Shown piece after piece: positions 1 through 8,419 of a stretch of DNA of 64,000 nt (positions are counted from its first letter, which is position 1; each line of letters begins with the position of its first letter). Both the position numbers and the translations under genes were made by a program. The stretch is taken from assembly GCA_964343075.1 (NCBI GenBank), contig CAYFGT010000001.1, positions 1,323 to 65,322 on the forward strand, read 5' to 3'. The DNA is from an uncultured Dehalococcoidia bacterium (GTDB lineage: Bacteria; Chloroflexota; Dehalococcoidia; Lucifugimonadales; UBA3495). The notes beneath the pieces are model-generated. The model was not told where the DNA came from. It did not search any database and saw only the letters and a program-made list of their open reading frames with translations.

Positions 1-183
1 TTGGACGGTGACTGTTGCCTTTTCTAAAGAGATTCCAGAAGTGTTTTGGTGGTACAGCACTTTATATGGTGGGTGAATTATTTCTGTCGCAGAATCCTGG
101 GCAAATATTTTTGTAGGAGTAAATAAGAGAGTTACTATAAGTAAGCTTAAGATTGATAGTTGCTTGAATTGTGGTATGGCCAA
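1..183 (-). CDS. 5' part of a gene for an exported protein (continues beyond window start)
   Basis: Not in the ORF track (no stop in window). The reverse complement of 183..1 reads TTG-AIPQFKQLSILSLLIVTLLFTPTKIFA|QDSATEIIHPPYKVLYHQNTSGISLEKATVTVQ. It has a basic n-region, a hydrophobic core and an IFA|QD signal-peptidase-like site. An in-frame TAA lies immediately upstream (184-186), and GAAAGGA (191-197) lies 7 nt upstream of the TTG. No family recognised. Confidence 0.35.
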   Translation of the reverse strand, partial: MAIPQFKQLSILSLLIVTLLFTPTKIFAQDSATEIIHPPYKVLYHQNTSGISLEKATVTVQ

Positions 184-203
184 TTATTTGTCCTTTCTTA
201 AAG

Positions 204-248
204 TTTATATAGGATCCATCAGTAACTCACTCACGGATCCTATATAAA
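204..248 (-). terminator. perfect 14-bp inverted repeat (hairpin) downstream of the 257..916 gene
   Basis: TTTATATAGGATCC (204-217) and GGATCCTATATAAA (235-248) are exact reverse complements around a 17-nt loop. The repeat sits 8 nt after the TAG stop of the upstream minus-strand gene. There is no trailing U-tract, so a terminator function is uncertain. Confidence 0.35.
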
Positions 249-256
249 TTATACTC

Positions 257-916
257 CTATAACTGGAATGTTTTCTTCCATATTCCTGGAGATAAGTCTG
301 CATGAGTCATCATAGGTCGAATTCGAGCTGTGTCTGGGTGAGCGTCCCTTATATCCTCCCATTCTTGTGTTTCAGATACAAATTCATTTTCGAATTCATA
401 CACAACAGCGTAATCTGGCTCACCTCGGTAAGCCTTCCACCTGCGTCCACGGATGACCCCTGGTACTGTTTCATAATTTGGAACATAAACGGTACTATAC
501 CATTCGTTCCATTCTTTTTCGTTTTCTGTTGATACGCCCATACGTCCGATTTGAAGTGCCGGTGCCATGTCAGAATTTGCGATAGCGTCAGATACAGAAG
601 TAGGGTGGATCATTTCGTATACATTATTGATCCGAGTGGTCGCGATTGCTCTAGGGCCAACTCTTTGAGCCCAGGGGGTAATGGGTCTGTTTTTAAATGC
701 ATCTGTGTCGATCACCTGCGCATTTTCGAATTCGTATACTGCTAGATGTTTGGGGCCGCTTTTAACAGCTTCATAACGGGCACAGTTTAATATACCCGGA
801 ACTGACATCAGTTCTTGAAGATGTTCAGTGTTGTACCATTCGTTGAATTCTTCTTCATGTTCTGCAGGTACGTCTACGAACACAAGCATGAGTCCTGAAC
901 CTTTTTTAGGTGCCAT
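257..916 (-). CDS. hypothetical protein made of two copies of a ~55-aa module (EthD/dimeric alpha-beta-barrel-like)
   Basis: 219-aa ORF starting at ATG, with AGGAGGG (921-927) 4 nt upstream. The internal duplication is visible by eye: ..EHEEEFNEWYNTEHLQELMSVPGILNCARYEAV..HLAVYEFEN versus ..ENEKEWNEWYSTVYVPNYETVPGVIRGRRWKAY..YAVVYEFEN. Confidence 0.85.
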   Translation of the reverse strand: MAPKKGSGLMLVFVDVPAEHEEEFNEWYNTEHLQELMSVPGILNCARYEAVKSGPKHLAVYEFENAQVIDTDAFKNRPITPWAQRVGPRAIATTRINNVYEMIHPTSVSDAIANSDMAPALQIGRMGVSTENEKEWNEWYSTVYVPNYETVPGVIRGRRWKAYRGEPDYAVVYEFENEFVSETQEWEDIRDAHPDTARIRPMMTHADLSPGIWKKTFQL

Positions 917-1047
917 ATATCCCTCCTGATTCGGCTAATCACAGCCGTCCTTTAAGAAGAAATATACCATATGTAGCGATAATAGTTTAGAGCAGGTGAC
1001 TGGCAGGTAGAAACTATGGGGAGGGCACCTACCTGTAAATTAAATTA

Positions 1048-1242
1048 TTATAATAACCCTTGGATTGATATGATACCTGCGATTGCTACAACGATGTAGA
1101 TTATCCTGGATAAACTTTTAACTTCCCCGAAGTTAGCGCCACAAATAGTAGCGACTAGGTCGAATTTGAATAGGCCTACCAGGCCCCAGTTTAATGCTCC
1201 TACGATAGCCAAAATTAAGGCTACTAAGCTTACAACTTCCAT
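1048..1242 (-). CDS. DUF378-family small membrane protein
   Basis: 64 aa with two predicted TM helices. The GALNWGLVG...FDLVA...LSRIIYIVVAIAG pattern is typical of DUF378. GGAGGA SD lies upstream of the ATG. Confidence 0.85.
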   Translation of the reverse strand: MEVVSLVALILAIVGALNWGLVGLFKFDLVATICGANFGEVKSLSRIIYIVVAIAGIISIQGLL

Positions 1243-1470
1243 AGTTTCCTCCGTTTAGTTAGGCGCCCTCCAATAGTATTGGTATCATCAATATGTAGTA
1301 TTAGTCAATATGATTTTGCATTAAAAGCTGATTTTGGATACTCTTTACGTATGCTTTAATGATTTTACATTTACATAACGAGCATAATGTGTCTACCTGA
1401 GATTATTCCAAGACAGGATATGGATGAATCTGAGGCAGGGCGAGGTTTTTCGTAATAAAAGGAGGCAAAA

Positions 1471-2250
1471 ATGACGAATTGCTATCTAGAAGAGACGTAT
1501 TTAGCAAAGAGCATGTACACGGCCGGTATGATGGCTGAGCATGGTGTCACTGATTTAGAGGGGGCTTATAGAATACAGGCTGTTTGGGACGATATTTTGG
1601 ATAAACATTTCGGCGGGAAGGTCGGTTACAAGCTCGCTTATACGACCGCAGTGATGCAGGAAAGGGTTGGACTGGATTCGCCAGCTTATGGTGTTTTAGC
1701 AAAAGATAAAATTTATTATGAAGGTCACAAACTGTATGCTGCAGACTATTTCCAATTGGGGTTTGAGGCAGAGATTGCGGTAAAGATTGGAAAAACCATT
1801 AGCCCTACAGAGAATATAGGAGACATTACGCAGTTAGCGGATAAAATTTCCATGATAGCACCAGCATTCGAAGTGATTGATGCTAGAGCAGATCCAGCAT
1901 TGTCAAATGAAGATCGGTTATTATTGAGTGTAATGTGCAATATATTTAACGAAGGTATCGTGCTTGGGGAATGGATGGAAGACTGGAGAGATGTGGATCT
2001 AGCCGCAATTGAATGCACAATGACCATCAACGACGAAATTGTAGGTTCGGGGAAAGGGTCTGACGTGATGGGAAATCCGTTGAATCCATGTCTGTGGCTT
2101 GTAAATCAATTGCAGTCCAAAGGCCTTGGCCTCGACGAAGGTATGACAATTATAACTGGTAGCATGATAAGTCCGAAAATGGCACAAGATGGTGATGTTG
2201 TTCGAATAGATATGTCCCAATTAGGTGCTGTCAGTACTCTGGTTATATAA
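1471..2250 (+). CDS. 2-oxopent-4-enoate hydratase / 4-oxalocrotonate decarboxylase family protein (MhpD-like, FAH fold)
   Basis: 259 aa with AAAGGAGG SD. Motifs are collinear with the MhpD family: AYRIQ, GYKLA, EAEIAV, PAFEVID, GNPLNPCLWLVN, ITGS. Confidence 0.8.
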   Translation: MTNCYLEETYLAKSMYTAGMMAEHGVTDLEGAYRIQAVWDDILDKHFGGKVGYKLAYTTAVMQERVGLDSPAYGVLAKDKIYYEGHKLYAADYFQLGFEAEIAVKIGKTISPTENIGDITQLADKISMIAPAFEVIDARADPALSNEDRLLLSVMCNIFNEGIVLGEWMEDWRDVDLAAIECTMTINDEIVGSGKGSDVMGNPLNPCLWLVNQLQSKGLGLDEGMTIITGSMISPKMAQDGDVVRIDMSQLGAVSTLVI

Positions 2251-2285
2251 TTTTGTAGAGACTGTAAACTGCAGTCTCTACAAAA
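2251..2285. terminator. perfect 14-bp hairpin between convergent genes
   Basis: TTTTGTAGAGACTG (2251-2264), loop TAAACTG, CAGTCTCTACAAAA (2272-2285). It fills almost the whole 38-nt gap between the stops at 2250 (+) and 2289 (-). The T and A runs are inside the stem rather than trailing it. Confidence 0.4.
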
Positions 2286-2288
2286 TGA

Positions 2289-3197
2289 TTAGTAGGTTAT
2301 TCCCCATTGTTCAACCATAGCAATCATAGCTTTGGCAGTCTCCTCATGGGCGACATCTACCATGTCCCCATTGTATGTGACGGCAGCTCCTCCTTCCTCT
2401 CTCATTTTGTTCATTGCTTCTATCAAGCCTTTATAGTGCTCAATTTCCTCTTTGGATGGAGTAAATACTTTATTAACAATTGGTACATGATATGGATGTA
2501 TTAAACTCATACCGGTATACCCGATTTGTTTAAGTTGTATGGCAAGTTTTTCCAATCCTTCAAGATCATGAATGTCAAACCAACCTCCGCTCATTGGGTA
2601 GGGAACGCCTGCAGATCTTGAGTCAATGAGCACCTTAGATTTAAGAAATAACGTTTCCATTCCTTCAGGAGTCCATTGAAAACCTATAGATCTTGAGGTG
2701 TCTCCACCTTTTCCTCCGCTACCTCCCATGTGAGTGATTCTATTTGATACAGTTGCTATTTCGTAAGACTGCCGAATCGCTTGAGCTGTTTCTAGTCCGG
2801 GATCTACTAGGACTGTCCCTTCTAGTACGCTTGCCCGCCTTTCAAATAACTTGAGTAATGTGTCGATCTCGATTATGTCTCTAGGAGTTTCTACTTTTGG
2901 CAATAATATTCCATACAGGTTATTGCATACTACAGCTTCTAAATCATCTCCGGTCATACCTGTCTCTAATCGATTGACCCTAACAAATAATTCTTGAGAT
3001 ATATTAGAGTCATTCCCAAGTTCGTCTAGCATTTTTTTTACGATTACACGTGCTTCTGGTTTTTCTGCTTCAGGTACTGAGTCTTCTAGATCTAGGATGA
3101 GGGCATCAGATCCATATTGCGGTGCCTTCCTAATCCAATCTTCTTTGTTGCCTGGCACATACAGTGCAGATCTTATGGGTTTTGCTTTCGCATTCAT
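2289..3197 (-). CDS. HpcH/HpaI-CitE family CoA-ester lyase (citryl/malyl/citramalyl-CoA lyase-like)
   Basis: RSALYVPGN...ALILDLEDSV, typical of the CitE-like beta subunit. I prefer the ATG at 3197 (MNAKAK..., AAAGGAGA SD 4 nt upstream) over the ORF-track start at 3230, which would overlap the upstream gene. Confidence 0.85.
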   Translation of the reverse strand: MNAKAKPIRSALYVPGNKEDWIRKAPQYGSDALILDLEDSVPEAEKPEARVIVKKMLDELGNDSNISQELFVRVNRLETGMTGDDLEAVVCNNLYGILLPKVETPRDIIEIDTLLKLFERRASVLEGTVLVDPGLETAQAIRQSYEIATVSNRITHMGGSGGKGGDTSRSIGFQWTPEGMETLFLKSKVLIDSRSAGVPYPMSGGWFDIHDLEGLEKLAIQLKQIGYTGMSLIHPYHVPIVNKVFTPSKEEIEHYKGLIEAMNKMREEGGAAVTYNGDMVDVAHEETAKAMIAMVEQWGITY

Positions 3198-3210
3198 GTT
3201 ATCTCCTTTG

Positions 3211-4437
3211 TTAGACAATTTTATTGTCAATTAATTCTTGGATTGCTTTTTCATCTAACCCAAGTAATTTACTTAGAATTTCTTGATTGTGCATCCCTAA
3301 AGTGGGAGCACCTGGTACTATCGGAAGAGGTTCTCCATCGAATAACACGGGAAATCCAGAACCTACTCCTGGTACTGAATCGTTCATTCCCGCATGCAAT
3401 AATTTGCCAAGGGACCCTCGTTTTTCAAAATGTTCGTCATGCATGACTTCTTTGGCTGTTCGTACAGGGCTACATGGCACATCGTGTTTCTCGAGTAATT
3501 TAATCATCTCATCTCGTGTCATATGAATCACCCTGCTTTGGATTTCATATCGGGCGGATTCTACGTTATCAACTCGTTTTTGGAACTCATTGTATCTTTG
3601 ATCAGTGATTAAATTTTGGGCGTCTAACGCTTCGGCGAGTCGGTTCCATTGGTCATCACTAGCTGCCGTTATAATAACTCCTCCATCAACTCCTTGGTAC
3701 AATCCAGTAGGTCCTCCTCTACTATTGTTTCCAGTGCGGAGGGGCACTCCCGAATCCATATCTTCCTCTAGGTTTTCCATAAACATTAAAGCTGTTAAAG
3801 TGTCCATCATGGAGACATCCAGATATTTGCCTTCCCCGGTAATATCTCTATTGCGCAGTGCGCCTAATATTGAATAGCAGGCAAAGATTGGTGTCACAAG
3901 GTCGCCAATGTAAAATCCTACTCGGGTTGGATCTCCTTCAGGATCTCCATTTATATCCATTAATCCGCTCATGCCTTGTATTTGTGGGTCATGAGCCGGT
4001 TTGGAGGCATAAGGTCCCGTCTGTCCATATCCAGATATAGAGCAATATATAATTTTAGAGTTGACCTTTTTGATGTCATCATATCCTAATCCAATTTTTC
4101 TCAAGGAACCTGGAGCTAAGTTCTCAAGTAAAACATCGGACTGCTCTGCTAATTTCAAGAACATTTCTTTGCCTTGCTTCGTTTTTAGATCCAATGTAAT
4201 ACTTTTGACTCCTTGTGTCCTTTTGAGGAATCTAGTTGAAATATATTCAGAGGATACCTGTTCACCTTTTATGCCATCTGGTCCAGCAAATGGACCATTC
4301 CCTCTGACAGGATCTCCTCGGTTAGGAATCTCTACTTTTATGACTTCCGCACCGAACCTCGCTAAATTCATACTAGTGTATGGTCCTGCTAAAAATACAG
4401 TAACTGCCAAAACCCGGATATTTTTTAATGGTTGCAT
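3211..4437 (-). CDS. family III CoA-transferase (CaiB/BaiF/Frc type)
   Basis: 408 aa. N-terminal LAGPY...LARFGAEVIKVE.P..GDP.R, and GYGQTGPYASKPAHDPQIQGMSG containing the catalytic-Asp context. AGGAGG SD. Confidence 0.9.
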   Translation of the reverse strand: MQPLKNIRVLAVTVFLAGPYTSMNLARFGAEVIKVEIPNRGDPVRGNGPFAGPDGIKGEQVSSEYISTRFLKRTQGVKSITLDLKTKQGKEMFLKLAEQSDVLLENLAPGSLRKIGLGYDDIKKVNSKIIYCSISGYGQTGPYASKPAHDPQIQGMSGLMDINGDPEGDPTRVGFYIGDLVTPIFACYSILGALRNRDITGEGKYLDVSMMDTLTALMFMENLEEDMDSGVPLRTGNNSRGGPTGLYQGVDGGVIITAASDDQWNRLAEALDAQNLITDQRYNEFQKRVDNVESARYEIQSRVIHMTRDEMIKLLEKHDVPCSPVRTAKEVMHDEHFEKRGSLGKLLHAGMNDSVPGVGSGFPVLFDGEPLPIVPGAPTLGMHNQEILSKLLGLDEKAIQELIDNKIV

Positions 4438-4547
4438 GCAGCCTCCTAGGTGTTATCAATCCCTATAGTGTATAGTCCATTTGATGATGTGGCTAGTTCT
4501 ATGAATGTGATAAAATCCGTACACCAACAATCTTTGAGGAGATGATT

Positions 4548-6803
4548 ATGGTAGTAAATATTGTGTTGTCAGAAAAAGAATATAACGTTGTGGGCACTAG
4601 GCCCATTAGGCATGATGGTGTAGATAAAGTTACAGGAAGAGCTAAATACGGGGGAGATTTTACCACCACGGGTCTTTTATTTGGGAAGGTTTTGCGTAGC
4701 CCTTATGCTCATGCGATTATTGAATCAATTAATATTGATAAGGCGATGGCATTAGATGGCGTCGTATCAGTAGTGACATCCAAAGATTTACCGGTTTCCA
4801 GTATTTCTAAACCCTCTAGGAGTTTGGAAATGGAAAGCGACAATATACTTGCTAGAGGCAAAGTACTGTATAAAGGACACGCAGTCGCAGCCGTGTGTGC
4901 TTCAAATAGTCATATAGCAGAAGAAGCATTAAGACTGATTGAAGTAAAGTATAAGGTATTAGACCCTATAATCGATGTGCGAAAATCTATGGAAAAAGAT
5001 TCTGTACTCCTTCATGATGACATTACTACACGTGAACTCGGTCAAGATTCAGGGATTGTTAGCAACATAGCCTCGCATCTTAGATATGAATTGGGTGATG
5101 TAGAAAAAGGATTTGCCGAAGCAGACCTCATAGTCGAAGAGGAATTTGATACTTCGACGGTGCATCAAGGATATATTGAACCTCATAATGCTACGGCATT
5201 TTGGAACGCTGATGGCCACATTAGCGTTTGGTGCAGTACACAAGGTTCTTTTACTGCTAGAGAAAAAATCGCCAAAGTATTAGATGTTCCTGTATCCACC
5301 GTTACGGTTACTCCTATGGAAATAGGAGGGGGATTTGGGGGAAAGATCCCAGTTTATTTAGAACCAATAGCGGCTGTATTGTCTAAAAAGTCAGGATCAC
5401 CGGTGAAAATGTTAATGAGCAGAGCTGATTGCTTCGAATCTACCGGTCCAACTTGTGGGTCTTATGTGCGCGTCAAAATGGGAGCAAAAAATGACGGAAC
5501 TTTGGTGGCAGCGAAAGCTTATCTGGTTTACGAGGCTGGTGCCTTCCCAGGCGCTAATGTAAGTGCTGGAGGCCAGTGCGTGTTTGCTCCGTATAGCATA
5601 CCTAATATGGAAGTAGATGGTTATGATGTTCTCGTTAACAAACCCAAAACTGCTGCTTATAGAGCACCTGGAGCCCCCAACGCTGCTTTTGCTGCAGAAC
5701 AAGTGGTGGATGAGCTATGTGACAAATTGGGTATGGACCCCGTAGATTTTCGAATTAAGAACGCTTCGACAGATGGGACTCGAAGAGTAGACGGTCCCGT
5801 TTTTAACAACATTGGAAACTTGGAATGTTTGGATGCAGTGAAAAACTCGGAACATTATAATTCTAAGCTATCCGGGAAATATACAGGGAGAGGGATTGCT
5901 TCTGGATATTGGATGAATATCGGCAAACAATCTAGCTGTTCGATAGGAGTAAATGCCGATGGAACACTTGGGTTGATTGAAGGTTCTACCGATATTGGAG
6001 GTTCTAGGACGTCTATAGCAATGCAGGCTGCTGAAGTATTGGGTGTGCCAGCAGAAAGTGTTAGGCCTTCGGTGGGAGATACAGACTCTATAGGTTATAC
6101 ATTCCTAACTGGAGGCAGCCGGGTCACATTTGCAAGTGGTTGGGCTGCTTATGAATGCGCGCAGTCAATAAAAAGACTCATGGAGGAGAGAGCAGCCGCA
6201 ATATGGGGAGTCGATAAAGATGATGTTGAATTGTCTGATGGTATTTTGAGGCACACCTCCGACAATCAATTAATAATGTCATTTGAAGAATTAGCTGCTC
6301 AACTGAACGATACAGGCGGTCCCATTTCAGCTCAGGTGAGTGTTGACCCGACCGGATCTCACGGGGCTTTTAGTACCCATATCGTTGACGTGGAAGTTGA
6401 CATTGAAACTGGGAAAGTACAAGTTTTGAGATATACGTCTGTTCAAGATGTAGGCAAGGCTATCCACCCCAGCTATGTTGAAGGACAAATGCAAGGTGCA
6501 GCGGTTCAAGGTATCGGCTGGGCACTTAATGAAGAATACTACTACAATGATGATGGCGTGATGAACAACTCCAGTTTTTTGGACTACCGTATGCCGACGT
6601 CATTAGATTTGCCGATGCTTGAAACGATTATTGTTGAATGTCACAATCAAAACCATCCTTTCGGAGTAAGGGGAGTCGGAGAAGTAGCAATAGTTCCTCC
6701 GTTGCCCGCTATAGCAAACGCCGTCAAGAACGCAATAGGTCATAGACTGCATCATTTGCCTATGTCTCCTAAAAGAGTATTAGAAGCGGTCGATTCAATC
6801 TAA
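4548..6803 (+). CDS. xanthine dehydrogenase/aldehyde oxidase family molybdopterin-binding large subunit
   Basis: About 750 aa. N-terminal RHDGVDKVTGRAKYGGD, then AAYRAPGAPNA, and C-terminal GVRGVGEVAIVPPLPAIANAV. GAGGAG (4536-4541) abuts the ATG at 4542, so the ATG at 4548 is the more likely start. Confidence 0.9.
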   Translation: MVVNIVLSEKEYNVVGTRPIRHDGVDKVTGRAKYGGDFTTTGLLFGKVLRSPYAHAIIESINIDKAMALDGVVSVVTSKDLPVSSISKPSRSLEMESDNILARGKVLYKGHAVAAVCASNSHIAEEALRLIEVKYKVLDPIIDVRKSMEKDSVLLHDDITTRELGQDSGIVSNIASHLRYELGDVEKGFAEADLIVEEEFDTSTVHQGYIEPHNATAFWNADGHISVWCSTQGSFTAREKIAKVLDVPVSTVTVTPMEIGGGFGGKIPVYLEPIAAVLSKKSGSPVKMLMSRADCFESTGPTCGSYVRVKMGAKNDGTLVAAKAYLVYEAGAFPGANVSAGGQCVFAPYSIPNMEVDGYDVLVNKPKTAAYRAPGAPNAAFAAEQVVDELCDKLGMDPVDFRIKNASTDGTRRVDGPVFNNIGNLECLDAVKNSEHYNSKLSGKYTGRGIASGYWMNIGKQSSCSIGVNADGTLGLIEGSTDIGGSRTSIAMQAAEVLGVPAESVRPSVGDTDSIGYTFLTGGSRVTFASGWAAYECAQSIKRLMEERAAAIWGVDKDDVELSDGILRHTSDNQLIMSFEELAAQLNDTGGPISAQVSVDPTGSHGAFSTHIVDVEVDIETGKVQVLRYTSVQDVGKAIHPSYVEGQMQGAAVQGIGWALNEEYYYNDDGVMNNSSFLDYRMPTSLDLPMLETIIVECHNQNHPFGVRGVGEVAIVPPLPAIANAVKNAIGHRLHHLPMSPKRVLEAVDSI

Positions 6804-6806
6804 CGG

Positions 6807-8390
6807 TTAAAACATATTATTTGGGGAGTGTTCTCCGAACACTCCCCGAAATACATCCATTATTTCACCTAATGTTGCATATTCTTTGACTGTTTCAATT
6901 AAAATTGGCATTAGATTTTGATTCGTAACTGCTGCGGACTTCAGGTCGGTCAATTTTTGTTTTACTGAGGCATTGTCTCGCTCACGTTTAACTGTATGAA
7001 GCTCTGAAATTTGAAATTCCATTCCTTTAGCGTCAACTGTTAAAAGAGGGATATCGGGGTGGTCTGTGGTTTGATATTCATTCACACCGACTATGATACT
7101 ATTCTTGGAATCTATTTCTTGTTGAGTTAAATATGCAGATTCTGTTATTTCTCGCTCGAAATACCCAGAAGTGATTCCTTGCATTACACCGCCTATTGAC
7201 TCGATTTCTTCAAAATATTTATGAGCGCTGTCTTCCATAATCTGAGACAGATGTTCCAAGTAATAACTGCCACCTAAGGGATCTACCGCAGAAGTGACAT
7301 TAGTTTCGTGAGCAATGATTTGTTGAGTTCGGAGAGCTTGTATCGCTGATTCTTCAGACGGTAAAGCCCATGCTTCATCTTTGCCATTCGTATGCAGTGA
7401 TTGGCATCCACCTAGTACAGCGGCCAGTGCTTGAAGGGTTACTCTAGAGACATTGTTGTCAGGCTGTTGAGCTGTGAGCGCTACTCCGGATGTTTGGGCA
7501 TGGAATCGCATCCACATAGACCGCTCATTGGTCGCATTATATTTATCATGCAGTATTTGTGCCCAAATTTTTCTTGCCACTCTGAATTTTGAAATCTCTT
7601 CAAAGAAATCGTTGTGAACATTGAAGAAAAAACTTAGTCTTGGACCGAATTCATCGACAGTCAACCCGCGGTCAATGGCATAATCTATATAAGTGAACCC
7701 ATCAGATAATGTAAACACAAGTTCTTGTAAGGCTGTAGCCCCAGCTTCCCTGATATGATACCCGCTTATGCTTATGGGGTTCCAAAGTGGCGTGTGTTTG
7801 GTCGCAAATTCAACAGTGTCGGTGACTAATCTCATGGATGGTTCGGGAGGGAATATATACTCGTTTTGGGCTATGAATTCTTTAAGAATATCGTTTTGGA
7901 GTGTTCCTCCTAATTGAGAGATAGATATTCCTCGTTTCTCTGCTACTGCGATAAACATGGCCCATATTATTGCAGCAGGACTGTTGATAGTCATAGATGT
8001 GGTGATTTGCTCAATGGGAATGTTATCAAATAGCCTTTCCATGTCTCGTAAGGAAGATATAGAGACCCCGCATCTTCCAAATTCACCGTATGCGTTTGGA
8101 TGATCAACATCGTATCCATACAATGTGGGCATATCGAACGCTACACTTAATCCGGTTTGTCCATTTTCAAGTAGTAATTTGAACCTTTCGTTAGTCTCTT
8201 CCGGTAGTCCGTAACCAGCAAACATTCGCATAGTCCATAACTTATCGCGATACCCCCCTGAATACAGTCCCCTTGTGAAAGGGAATACCCCGGGGTCAGT
8301 GTTAGTCAGCACGTCTGCTTCATTAAAGTATGCGCGCTCTATTGATCCTTTTACATCTTTGAACTGGTTATCAGATTGATTGGTTGCCAT
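6807..8390 (-). CDS. B12-dependent acyl-CoA mutase large (substrate-binding) subunit, isobutyryl-CoA-mutase-like; no B12-binding domain
   Basis: 527 aa, collinear with the methylmalonyl-CoA mutase catalytic barrel: [59 protein letters not shown]. It ends before the cobalamin-binding domain. Confidence 0.9.
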   Translation of the reverse strand: MATNQSDNQFKDVKGSIERAYFNEADVLTNTDPGVFPFTRGLYSGGYRDKLWTMRMFAGYGLPEETNERFKLLLENGQTGLSVAFDMPTLYGYDVDHPNAYGEFGRCGVSISSLRDMERLFDNIPIEQITTSMTINSPAAIIWAMFIAVAEKRGISISQLGGTLQNDILKEFIAQNEYIFPPEPSMRLVTDTVEFATKHTPLWNPISISGYHIREAGATALQELVFTLSDGFTYIDYAIDRGLTVDEFGPRLSFFFNVHNDFFEEISKFRVARKIWAQILHDKYNATNERSMWMRFHAQTSGVALTAQQPDNNVSRVTLQALAAVLGGCQSLHTNGKDEAWALPSEESAIQALRTQQIIAHETNVTSAVDPLGGSYYLEHLSQIMEDSAHKYFEEIESIGGVMQGITSGYFEREITESAYLTQQEIDSKNSIIVGVNEYQTTDHPDIPLLTVDAKGMEFQISELHTVKRERDNASVKQKLTDLKSAAVTNQNLMPILIETVKEYATLGEIMDVFRGVFGEHSPNNMF

Positions 8391-8419
8391 ATTATTAACA
8401 TCTCTCGTTATTGTGGAAA

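Noticed and set aside
917-1047. A terminator hairpin after the DUF378 gene (CAGGTAG ... CTACCTG)
   Set aside because: It has only 7 bp with an 18-nt loop and no U-tract, which is too weak to report as a feature.
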